Positions 14,910 through 23,380 of a stretch of 64,000 bases of DNA are shown one piece after another. The position numbers and the translations under genes were made by a program. The notes below the pieces were generated by a model that was not told where the DNA came from, did not search any database, and saw only the letters and a list, made by a program, of their open reading frames with translations. The DNA lies in IMG/VR virus record IMGVR_UViG_3300025093_000013, positions 32,001 to 96,000 of that record; one strand, given 5' to 3'. The stretch comes from a virus. Positions within the stretch are counted from its first letter, which is position 1. Every line of letters starts with the position of its first letter.

Positions 14910-14938
14910 ATAGTAGCCTGCACCCCTTCCCCCGTCAA
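14910..14938 (-). promoter_or_regulatory. Leaderless promoter for 14903
   Basis: TTGACG-17-TACTAT-6-ATG. Confidence 0.88.
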
Positions 14939-15024
14939 CCTAAAACCGTGCGGAAAAAGGCGCGTTTACGGGTCCCATACACGGGCTCCGCCCGCATATA
15001 TGGAACATCATGTCTTACATATCA

Positions 15025-15079
15025 AGGGACTCCTAAAAACTTAGGGACTCCTACAATTATAAAAAAACAGGGACTCCTA
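15025..15079 (+). repeat. Three exact direct repeats AGGGACTCCTA
   Basis: Copies at 15025, 15043, 15069 in the divergent intergenic region. Confidence 0.85.
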
Positions 15080-15103
15080 AATAATTCGGAGCTATATAAG
15101 AGT

Positions 15104-15514
15104 ATGAATCAAATACACGAAGAGCAAATGATTAAAGCTGCGCTTGGTGCATTAGCTAGAAAGCCTGTTATAACCCGACAGCAAGAGAGTATTCTCGCCT
15201 CTATAGCCACAGGAGCAGCGACAGATGTAGCCAAAGCGGCAGGGTCATTCCTTGCTAATAAGGTTATTAAAAAACTAGCAAAGAGGAAGGGTAAGAAAAA
15301 ACAGGAAGTCCAAGAGCATCGACTCTACGAAGCAGGAATGATGAGGGCTGCGCTTGGTGCTTTAAAGAATGTTGCTAGAGACAAGTTCCAAAAGAGCTTT
15401 GAGAAGAAAGCCCCTAAGGGAGGACAGCCTTCAAAAAGTAATATTAAGGCTGGTGTTCAAAGTATTAAAAAACTAGGATCAAGTTTAAGTGGTCCAACGG
15501 ATCGTGTGATGTGA
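15104..15514 (+). CDS. Basic protein with internal duplication, putative internal head protein
   Basis: ATG 15104 follows CTATATAA; HEEQMIKAALGAL / YEAGMMRAALGAL. Confidence 0.65.
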   Translation: MNQIHEEQMIKAALGALARKPVITRQQESILASIATGAATDVAKAAGSFLANKVIKKLAKRKGKKKQEVQEHRLYEAGMMRAALGALKNVARDKFQKSFEKKAPKGGQPSKSNIKAGVQSIKKLGSSLSGPTDRVM

Positions 15515-15583
15515 TATGAGAAACATTCCAAAGCAATACGGCTGAGGCAAGAAGAAAGGAGGGGGCGGTCGCCCTACAAGATA

Positions 15584-16351
15584 ATGTACGATAGGATCCT
15601 AGAACTAATAGCTGAGAGTAGTGCTAAGAGGAGGGCTGAGACTAGGGCTGCACTTGGTAGACAAGCTGGGACGCAGACAGCTAATCCTAGTAGAGCGTCT
15701 GCTCTTGGAGCTTTAAACAAGCAGGCTGCTAAGAAAGCCAAGGGTCAAACATCAGTTATGGATCGTCGTAGGCAAGCTATGGATCGTCGTATCTCAGCCA
15801 AGGCCCAACCTAAGCAAGCAACATCACCTGAGACCATAAAGTCTTCTGTAAAAAGGCCAAAGCCAACAAAGGGTCCAGCTAAAACTTCTAAAACTGCTTT
15901 GTCAAAGGCTGCTAAAAAGGCGATTAAGGCTAAGGGTAAGGAAGCTACTGTACAACGAGGAGTAACCTTTAATGTTCTTAAACAGTCTCGTACTAAACAA
16001 GATGCGAGGAAGGCTGAACTACAAAAGAGATTCTCTCAAGAAAAAGAGACAGGTTCTACAACAAGAACATCCTCATCAAAACAGGATCAGAAATACAAAG
16101 AAAGACCTAGCCAAAAATTCTACGATAGGCTTGGTAAAGTTATCCCTGGAGTCGCCAAGTTAAGCGCGGCTATTAAAGGGGAGAGGGAGCGTAGACTAAA
16201 GAAGGGAAGAGAAGGCAAGGATCCTAGAACGGCTTATGAGCGCGGTCTTGCTGGTAGAGGAGAAACCGTTGTGGGTAGAACCTCGCGTGCTCTTAGAGCT
16301 TTAAGAAACCCTGAGAAGGCGTTAGAGAGACCTTCGGGTAGTGTGTATTGA
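15584..16351 (+). CDS. Highly basic protein, putative internal head protein
   Basis: 255 aa, K/R/A-rich; N-terminal YDRILELIAE. Confidence 0.7.
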   Translation: MYDRILELIAESSAKRRAETRAALGRQAGTQTANPSRASALGALNKQAAKKAKGQTSVMDRRRQAMDRRISAKAQPKQATSPETIKSSVKRPKPTKGPAKTSKTALSKAAKKAIKAKGKEATVQRGVTFNVLKQSRTKQDARKAELQKRFSQEKETGSTTRTSSSKQDQKYKERPSQKFYDRLGKVIPGVAKLSAAIKGERERRLKKGREGKDPRTAYERGLAGRGETVVGRTSRALRALRNPEKALERPSGSVY

Positions 16352-16444
16352 AGTATAGAAACAAAGACTCTAACTATTGGCGTAAGGCAGCCTTAGAGAA
16401 GGTTAGAGTTTACTGGGAGAACTTGAAGCAGAGTAAGAAGAAGG

Positions 16445-16840
16445 CTACCACTTTGCCAAGGGGCAAGAAGCGCCCGAGATCTTAGTCTTGGTTTTCATGA
16501 AGCATCCGCATAGGTTGCATTGCTTCTCATTTAAAAGTTCGGGGCAAGCCTTACAAATAGCGAACCTTGCTTCTGCTGTTTGTTCTTCTTCTAGCTTGAA
16601 GCCATTCCTAGCCCATGCCCACATAGTTCCGAAGAACATGTTAAGCTTTTGAGTAAAGGTAGTGCCAGTATCAGATGCATTCAAGAAGACTGCAAACACA
16701 GACCAGAACTGGTCGCTTTTCTTTCTGAGCTTGTACTTTAAAGTTGATTGCTCAAGGGCAATGTACTTATCTTTCATTGCCTGATATTTGTTCTGCCAAT
16801 GACCAATCTTGTTTTTTAGGTCGTTTAGATCCTCACTCAT
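16445..16840 (-). CDS. Cys-rich (DUF6171-like) Zn-binding protein
   Basis: R..ICKAC......QCNLCGCFM..KT......CP..KW. Confidence 0.75.
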   Translation of the reverse strand: MSEDLNDLKNKIGHWQNKYQAMKDKYIALEQSTLKYKLRKKSDQFWSVFAVFLNASDTGTTFTQKLNMFFGTMWAWARNGFKLEEEQTAEARFAICKACPELLNEKQCNLCGCFMKTKTKISGASCPLAKW

Positions 16841-16853
16841 GATATATAATTAT

Positions 16854-16991
16854 ATGAAGAAGTTAGACGAGGTTTTCAAGACTCGAATGCAGAAGGCTGC
16901 ATTCAATGCTTACAGGGGTCTTAGAAAAAAGAATCCTATTGCCAAGCGCACAATGAGCAAGCTGAATCAACCTACGAAAATTGGTAGCTGA
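16854..16991 (+). CDS. Small basic protein (45 aa)
   Basis: MKKLDE...; ATATATAA upstream. Confidence 0.55.
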   Translation: MKKLDEVFKTRMQKAAFNAYRGLRKKNPIAKRTMSKLNQPTKIGS

Positions 16992-17650
16992 TTTCTTTCT
17001 ATAAAAGCTTCTCTGTTCTTGTGCCAACTATCCCTGCCTACAAGCTCGCCGTGTGAGTTATGTAGAATGGAAATAGGTACGACTTTGTTTTTGAGTTTCT
17101 TCTTGTGTGCAGACACTGTATAGTGTATGTCATAGAAGTCCCAATCACCTTCAAAGTATTCAGGCTTCTCTAAGCCTACTTCTCGAAGGACTCTACCGCT
17201 TGCTGCAAGAAAGAGGCCATCCATGCATACTACTTGGTCTGGCTTTCCATAGTAGGTCGAATCTGCTGTGAGTATATCATCACCATGGAATACATGACCT
17301 CTATGCCTTCCTTGCTGCCATAGTTCGTGATTCCACCACACTGCATCTCTTGAGAGTGCTGTGGTTCCTGCGACTCCAACAAAGCCTGTCTCTACTTGCA
17401 GACAAGTTTGAACTATAATATTTTTGAAAACTTCTGGGTCTGTGAGTATCTCTATATCGTCATGACATAAGATAACAATATCATTGTCCTGGATATCAAA
17501 TTTTTTAAACGCATTTGAATAACCGCTGAAGATAGACTTCTGACCCACTAAGAACTTAGTGCTGATACCAGCCCTAGATAAGTAAGAAGATAATTTTTTT
17601 GTGGTATTACTAAAGTTCTTACTGCGTGTACAAATAAAAGCGTAAATCAT
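16967..17650 (-). CDS. Glycosyltransferase-like protein (GT-A, GT2-like)
   Basis: LCHDD, GFVGVAG, DGLFLA, WDFYDI, ILHNSHG. Confidence 0.8.
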   Translation of the reverse strand: MIYAFICTRSKNFSNTTKKLSSYLSRAGISTKFLVGQKSIFSGYSNAFKKFDIQDNDIVILCHDDIEILTDPEVFKNIIVQTCLQVETGFVGVAGTTALSRDAVWWNHELWQQGRHRGHVFHGDDILTADSTYYGKPDQVVCMDGLFLAASGRVLREVGLEKPEYFEGDWDFYDIHYTVSAHKKKLKNKVVPISILHNSHGELVGRDSWHKNREAFIERNQLPIFVG

Positions 17651-19199
17651 GAGACTACAAACAAAAGAAGATTACAAGAAAGAGTATGCTAAATGCAAAG
17701 AGGACCCTGTATACTTTATAAGTAATTATATCAAGGTGGTCCACCCAGTTCGAGGACTAGTTCCATTTAATTTGTATCCCTTCCAGAAAACCATCATCCA
17801 CGCGATAGAAGGAAACAGGTTCAACATACTTAGGAAGTTTAGACAGGCTGGTTGTACAACGATTGCTGCTGCTTACTCCTTATGGCTTTGTTGCTTCAAG
17901 TCTCACCAGACCATTGTTATCTTGTCTGTAGGTGACACGGAATCTACTGAAGTTCTGGACCGTATCAAAATTATGTATGACGAACTCCCAGGGTGGATCA
18001 AGCCTAAGTCTACAACAATCAACGCACACAACCTTAAGCTAGAGAACAACTCTCATATCAAGTCTCGTCCATCAGGTAAGCAATCAGGTCGTGGTCTTTC
18101 TGGTTCACTACTTATTATTGATGAGGCTGCCTTCATTGAACACATTGATACAATTTGGGCTGCTGTTTATCCCATTATTTCTACTGGAGGTCGTGCTTTC
18201 GTCCTGTCTACTGTTAATGGTATTGGTAACTGGTATTACGACACTTGGACAAGGGCTGTCGAGGGCGCTAATGCATTTAACCCAATTCAGATAGGATGGC
18301 AGGACCACCCCGAGTACGCGCGTGTAGAGGGCTTTGAGTGGCTCTACAAGGAGATGGAGGAGAGAGACCCTCCTGCCATTATCGAAGAGTGGGAGCCCAC
18401 TACAAGGGCTAACATCAGCCATAAGAAGTGGCTACAAGAATACGAGTGTGAGTTCCTTGGAACTGGTGATACATTTATCGAAGGTCAGATACTGCAAGCA
18501 CTGACGGAGAATGTGAATGATAACTTCTATCGTAAGTACAATAACCGAATGTATGTGTGGAAAGATCCAGACCCTAACTCGACATATTTCATGGCGGTCG
18601 ATGTTGCATTGGGCAGGGGTCGTGATTATTCTGCTTTTCAAATTATTGATCTTTATTCAGGTGAGCAAGTGGCTGAGTTCTACTCAAACACCACCCCTAT
18701 AAATGAGTTTGCCAAGATATGTTTCGATGAGGGCAACTATTATAATTTATGTCCCGTTCTGGTAGAGCGTAATACGATCGGTAACAACTTACTAGACTAT
18801 CTCTTCGACCAGTTGGAGTACGAGAATGTCTGGTTTGACGAAAAACGAAACATGGGACTCCAAATAACAGCCAAGAACAGAGATACGATCCTGGTGGAAA
18901 TGGAAGAAGCTATTCGCATGAGTGAAGTTAAAATTAACTCCAAGAGAACCGTCCTAGAGCTTAATACCTTCATTATCAGCGATAATGGCAAGGTCAAGGC
19001 AGATACTGGACAAAATGATGATCTTGTTATGAGTTTAGCACTATCTATATACGGAGGCCGAAGATACCGAGAGGACAACCCTGAGATCATTAAATTTAAT
19101 CCTTCCAAAGAGAAGAGACCTCCAATGCCATTAAAATCTCAGAAGATCATGACCTCTAGAGGTAGCATAGAAGAAGACATAACATGGGTAATCAAATAA
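17649..19199 (+). CDS. terL: Terminase large subunit (T4 gp17-like)
   Basis: LYPFQ, RQAGCTT, LIIDEAAF, STVNG, QEYECEF, VDVA.GRG.DYS, VERN, DDLVMS. Confidence 0.96.
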   Translation: MRLQTKEDYKKEYAKCKEDPVYFISNYIKVVHPVRGLVPFNLYPFQKTIIHAIEGNRFNILRKFRQAGCTTIAAAYSLWLCCFKSHQTIVILSVGDTESTEVLDRIKIMYDELPGWIKPKSTTINAHNLKLENNSHIKSRPSGKQSGRGLSGSLLIIDEAAFIEHIDTIWAAVYPIISTGGRAFVLSTVNGIGNWYYDTWTRAVEGANAFNPIQIGWQDHPEYARVEGFEWLYKEMEERDPPAIIEEWEPTTRANISHKKWLQEYECEFLGTGDTFIEGQILQALTENVNDNFYRKYNNRMYVWKDPDPNSTYFMAVDVALGRGRDYSAFQIIDLYSGEQVAEFYSNTTPINEFAKICFDEGNYYNLCPVLVERNTIGNNLLDYLFDQLEYENVWFDEKRNMGLQITAKNRDTILVEMEEAIRMSEVKINSKRTVLELNTFIISDNGKVKADTGQNDDLVMSLALSIYGGRRYREDNPEIIKFNPSKEKRPPMPLKSQKIMTSRGSIEEDITWVIK

Positions 19200-20947
19200 A
19201 CGAAAACGCTGGTCCTGGGCTAACAACATGGACACCAGTTGGTGACGGTAGTGTGCAAAGCATGTACACCACTGGTTACATGTCCAAGATCTTTGCAAAG
19301 TTCTTTGCTACTGAGGCGCAGAGAAAGCTTGCCATAGGAGGCGACCCTCGTAACATTGAGGGTGATCTTATTGTAAACCCAAAGGGTCTTGATAATATCC
19401 TTAGCCCTCTTTGGTCCTACACCCGTGGTCTTCCATTCTTACCTGAGTCTGAACTTAACAGGAAGCGTAGATATGACGAATACGAGAAGATGGATGATTA
19501 TCCTGAGATTACCGCTGCTCTTGATATCTATGCTGATGATTCTACTCAGAAAGATCTAAGGAACAAGAGATGGAAAGTAGTATCTGATAGCATCGATGCC
19601 ATCGAAGAGGTTGAGAGACTGTTCGATAGAATCAAGCTAGAGCGTGTATACTACGATATTGTAAGGGGCACTTGCAAGTATGGTGACACTTTCATTGAAA
19701 CTGTAGCTAATGCTAACGATATGACTGCTGGCATCATGAAAGTTAAGGTGCTGAACCCTTACTACATCATGAGAATAGAAGATAAGTTCGGATATCTCAA
19801 GACATTTATTCAAGAAATACCTCATGGCTCACAGGACACAGGAAGTTATGCCCAGAGTAACTCCTCTTACATCGAGCTAGACAAGAATCAGATCGTCCAT
19901 TTCCGTCTGAACACCTCTGATCCCAAATATTACCCTTACGGTAAGTCTATTCTTGCTGGTGCAATCCGTGTTTATCGCTCTCTCAAGCTCATGGAAGACG
20001 CAATGCTTGTCTATCGTCTCTCTAGAGCGCCTGAAAGACGCATTTTCTATGTCGATGTAGGCAACCTACCTGCCTCAAAGGCTGAGGGTTTCCTTGAAAC
20101 CATGAAAACACGCTTCAAGAAGGAGAAGTTCCACAACAATAATAAGGTTGATGGTCGCTTCAACCCTCTTGCAGTCGATGAAGACTTCTTCGTACCCGTC
20201 AGAGGCAACCAAGGAACTAAGATTGACACCTTACCAGGGGCACAAAACCTTGGTGAAGTCGATGATGTCAAGTATTTCCGTGATAAATTGCTTGCAACAC
20301 TTAAGGTTCCCAAGGATTACATCGTTGAGTACGACAAATCACCTGAAAGAAAGGCAAATCTTAGCCAACTTGATGTAAAGTTTGCTCGCGTTATCCAAAG
20401 AGTACAGGATTCCGTGTGTGTTGGCCTTGCTGACATCGCAAAAAGGCACCTAACTATGCTTGACTACCCTGCAAGTGTCGTTAGACGCCTAAAAATCACC
20501 CTTCCTGAGCCTTCTGATGTCTTTATCAAGCGTAAACTAGAGATTGATGAGGCAAAAGCCCGTGTTGTACAGGCTGTAGTCGGTACAGGACTCTTCCCAA
20601 CCAGCCGTATCTACAAAGAATACTATGATATGACTGATACTGAGATTGAAATGGTCAAGAAAGACCTTGAAGACGAGCAACAGAAGCAAAATCAGCAAGA
20701 ACTTGAGCAACAAGCGGGTCAAGCCCAAACTCAAGCGGCTGCTGACATGGCAGTTGCCGATAATCAAGCTCAAAATGACTTAGCAATGCAACAAGCACAG
20801 CAACAAGCGCAACCAGCGCCCCAAAAAGAAGAAATTGACAGCCTGACTCTTCTAAAACGGCAATATTTGATGACTGAGGGCATTGACTCTGCAAAATACC
20901 GTGCAATCGACCGAGTTCTGAAAAATAAAAATAAAATCGACGGCTGA
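19184..20947 (+). CDS. gp20: Portal protein (T4 gp20-like)
   Basis: EDAMLVYRLSRAPERRIFYVDVGNLP, EDFFVPVRG, TKIDTLPGAQNLGEVDDVKYF. Confidence 0.96.
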   Translation: MGNQINENAGPGLTTWTPVGDGSVQSMYTTGYMSKIFAKFFATEAQRKLAIGGDPRNIEGDLIVNPKGLDNILSPLWSYTRGLPFLPESELNRKRRYDEYEKMDDYPEITAALDIYADDSTQKDLRNKRWKVVSDSIDAIEEVERLFDRIKLERVYYDIVRGTCKYGDTFIETVANANDMTAGIMKVKVLNPYYIMRIEDKFGYLKTFIQEIPHGSQDTGSYAQSNSSYIELDKNQIVHFRLNTSDPKYYPYGKSILAGAIRVYRSLKLMEDAMLVYRLSRAPERRIFYVDVGNLPASKAEGFLETMKTRFKKEKFHNNNKVDGRFNPLAVDEDFFVPVRGNQGTKIDTLPGAQNLGEVDDVKYFRDKLLATLKVPKDYIVEYDKSPERKANLSQLDVKFARVIQRVQDSVCVGLADIAKRHLTMLDYPASVVRRLKITLPEPSDVFIKRKLEIDEAKARVVQAVVGTGLFPTSRIYKEYYDMTDTEIEMVKKDLEDEQQKQNQQELEQQAGQAQTQAAADMAVADNQAQNDLAMQQAQQQAQPAPQKEEIDSLTLLKRQYLMTEGIDSAKYRAIDRVLKNKNKIDG

Positions 20948-20996
20948 AAGGCATTAAAAAGCTATATATTTAGTAATCTGCATCTGCACCAATAAA

Positions 20997-22532
20997 ATGG
21001 AAAAAATATTCAACAAGCGAGATAGAAAAATCTCCAATCTTACTCTCATGGCCGATAGTCTCGGCTACGCTCTACGAGAGAATGTTTCTTTATTCTCCGT
21101 AGACGATAACAACGCCACTGCTACATTTATTACAGAGGCTGGGAACATCATCGAAGGTAATTATTACTTTGGTGAGGAAATGGTCCTTGACAATATTCAA
21201 GTTGAGTCAGGGGACATGTTCAAAGAAGAAGAGAAATTTGATTCTTTCACCAGGGATCAAATTTCTTCATTAGTGGAGAACATTTATAACGACGAGCTTG
21301 TTGGTGCTGGTGATATCTTCGATACGCTTATCGAGTCTTGGAACTCTAGAGTAAAGTTCAACAAGACTGTCGAGCGTCTTGAGGAGAAATCACAATCTTT
21401 CAACAACACCTTTAACATCGTTGAGACAAAGGAGTTTGAGAGATTCGTTGAGGTTTCCGAGAACATCTCCAAGTTCCTACAGGAGAACGCAGAAAAGATT
21501 ACAGCTATCCCTGAGATTGTTAACGCAATCCGCCTCTCCAATGTTCTATCCGAGGCTTTCGACATTCCCAGACTTACTCTAGAGCAGCTAGGTGAGCAAG
21601 GTGACTTCAGTGTCAAGCTTGGCGAGAACCGTGACATTTACGAGATGGTATGCAAGCAGGAGCTTGTCAAAAAGGAGATCCTTGAGTCCAAGAAGTCCTT
21701 CGATACCGTGTGGGTAACTGAGCCCTCCATCTCAAACCTTTCTGTCAAGATGTACGAGAGCGACGATGAGATTGAGAAGGCTCTTGTTGAGGCTTTCTCT
21801 AATGTGCCTTACCTTGCACTCATCTCAAAGAAGCAGCTATCAAACACAATCGCAAAGAACCTTAGCACACTTCATGAGCAGGTTGGCTACACAAAGTCTG
21901 ACCTAAAGGAGTATGTTGCCAAGCTCTTTGAGATGAAGAAGCCTCTCAAAGAGCTTGTTTCTAACCTACTTCAAGAGAAGTACGGTGTCAATGTAAACAA
22001 CCTCAAAGAGACTCCTACCTTCAAGACCCTTCTTAACACTCAGGTTCTTATCTTCGAGTCACTTGCAAAAGTAGCTCCAAGAAGCAGTGTTATCAAGGAG
22101 GCTTTCTCTGCCATGGCTGAGATGCTCAAGGGTAAGAACGGTGTTCAAGCCATCGATGTCAACCAGGGCATGAAGTACCTTTTCGAGAACTCAGGCTTTG
22201 CCGAAGTTTACGAGGTGCAACCAATTGTTTCTAACTTCTCTCTCAACGAGTCCGTCACCGAAGACGAAGAAGATCTTGAGATGATTCTTTCTGAGCTAGT
22301 CTCTGAAGAGGACGAGGAGAAGAAGAAAAAGAAGAAAGCTAAGTCTTCCAAGAAGAAAGATGACGAAGACGAAGAAGAGGATGATGAGGACGAGAAGAAG
22401 GAGATGTCTTCTGATGACGCAGCCGAGGCTGTTAGTGAAGAAGAGAACACGATGACAACTCAAGAACTCATGAAGGCTCTTTCTGATATTGAAGACCTAG
22501 TTTCAGGACCACAAGATTTGGAGGATGAGTGA
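20997..22532 (+). CDS. Acidic helical protein, possible prohead core/scaffold component
   Basis: 511 aa, directly after portal, Glu-rich with E/D/K low-complexity tail. Confidence 0.5.
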   Translation: MEKIFNKRDRKISNLTLMADSLGYALRENVSLFSVDDNNATATFITEAGNIIEGNYYFGEEMVLDNIQVESGDMFKEEEKFDSFTRDQISSLVENIYNDELVGAGDIFDTLIESWNSRVKFNKTVERLEEKSQSFNNTFNIVETKEFERFVEVSENISKFLQENAEKITAIPEIVNAIRLSNVLSEAFDIPRLTLEQLGEQGDFSVKLGENRDIYEMVCKQELVKKEILESKKSFDTVWVTEPSISNLSVKMYESDDEIEKALVEAFSNVPYLALISKKQLSNTIAKNLSTLHEQVGYTKSDLKEYVAKLFEMKKPLKELVSNLLQEKYGVNVNNLKETPTFKTLLNTQVLIFESLAKVAPRSSVIKEAFSAMAEMLKGKNGVQAIDVNQGMKYLFENSGFAEVYEVQPIVSNFSLNESVTEDEEDLEMILSELVSEEDEEKKKKKKAKSSKKKDDEDEEEDDEDEKKEMSSDDAAEAVSEEENTMTTQELMKALSDIEDLVSGPQDLEDE

Positions 22533-22957
22533 TGCGAGAAGGATTTAGACCATATACAAAACTAATTACACTAAACAGTACAACCAGAACAAGCGTTGCA
22601 TTTAGAGATACAGGAAACAACTCTATCAACTGTAATTACATTAAAGTCGAGCCTGTGAGTGGTACTCCCGATGATGGGCTTTTCTATGTAACTCCTACAG
22701 GCCCTTCAACTGAACTAGGTGCCTCTAACACGCTTGCAGCAACTGCATTGCCTGTAGACGCGACTGCTTCTGGTAACTGTGGTGGTGTAGCCTCTTGCTT
22801 GAATGGAACAGTCGTGCTATCTTTGATTAGCCCAGATTTCTCCAATTCATGTTTCATATCTCAAACAACAACTGACCCTGTAGTATATGGAATTACTTAT
22901 GGAGTTGTTCAGGAATCTAATAACTTAAAAGACTCTAGAGAATATAGGGGCAAATAG
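22529..22957 (+). CDS. Hypothetical (virion-associated?) protein
   Basis: Coupled ORF in the late operon. Confidence 0.65.
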   Translation: MMREGFRPYTKLITLNSTTRTSVAFRDTGNNSINCNYIKVEPVSGTPDDGLFYVTPTGPSTELGASNTLAATALPVDATASGNCGGVASCLNGTVVLSLISPDFSNSCFISQTTTDPVVYGITYGVVQESNNLKDSREYRGK

Positions 22958-23367
22958 TGTTTAAGTCCTTTTCAACTCTAAAGACTGTTCTTGATGACGC
23001 TGATGTTTCAGCCAGGGCAAGAAGAGTATTTAGAGATGCTCAGATCGTTTTCTCTGACTCTACAGGCCCTGTGATAGCAGTTTTTGGTATTGGTGATTTA
23101 AAGGGTCGTAAAGGAAACGATTACAAGGCTGCTTTTTTCAGAATTAGTTCTACTAGGATAGCTCTTAGAATATTTAATTCTAGTGGCACGGGCATTGAAA
23201 CCCATGTTGGAAACTCGACGGGCTCTGGTGATGAAGTAGAACAAATGGTAGCTGCCGCCGCAAATAGCCCTTATGTTAAGATTAGGTTTGTAAAGAATAG
23301 CTCTGAAAGCTTTTCGCCTTCAATTAACTACGCTGATGCAACATCATTCAGAGGTGGCGCAGGTTGA
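22957..23367 (+). CDS. Hypothetical (virion-associated?) protein
   Basis: Coupled ORF in the late operon. Confidence 0.65.
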   Translation: MFKSFSTLKTVLDDADVSARARRVFRDAQIVFSDSTGPVIAVFGIGDLKGRKGNDYKAAFFRISSTRIALRIFNSSGTGIETHVGNSTGSGDEVEQMVAAAANSPYVKIRFVKNSSESFSPSINYADATSFRGGAG

Positions 23368-23380
23368 TATATAATATATC

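Noticed and set aside
14516-15103. N-terminal part of track ORF 14516..15514
   Set aside because: Antisense to real - strand genes and crosses the repeat region; the plausible start is ATG 15104.
16348-16485. 45-aa basic ORF with TTG start
   Set aside because: Plausible TTGA coupling, but it overlaps the convergent gene by 41 nt and has no other support.
22261-22450. Poly-Ser/Phe - strand ORF and GAA/GAC-rich tract as a repeat element
   Set aside because: It is simply the E/D/K low-complexity tail of 20997..22532.
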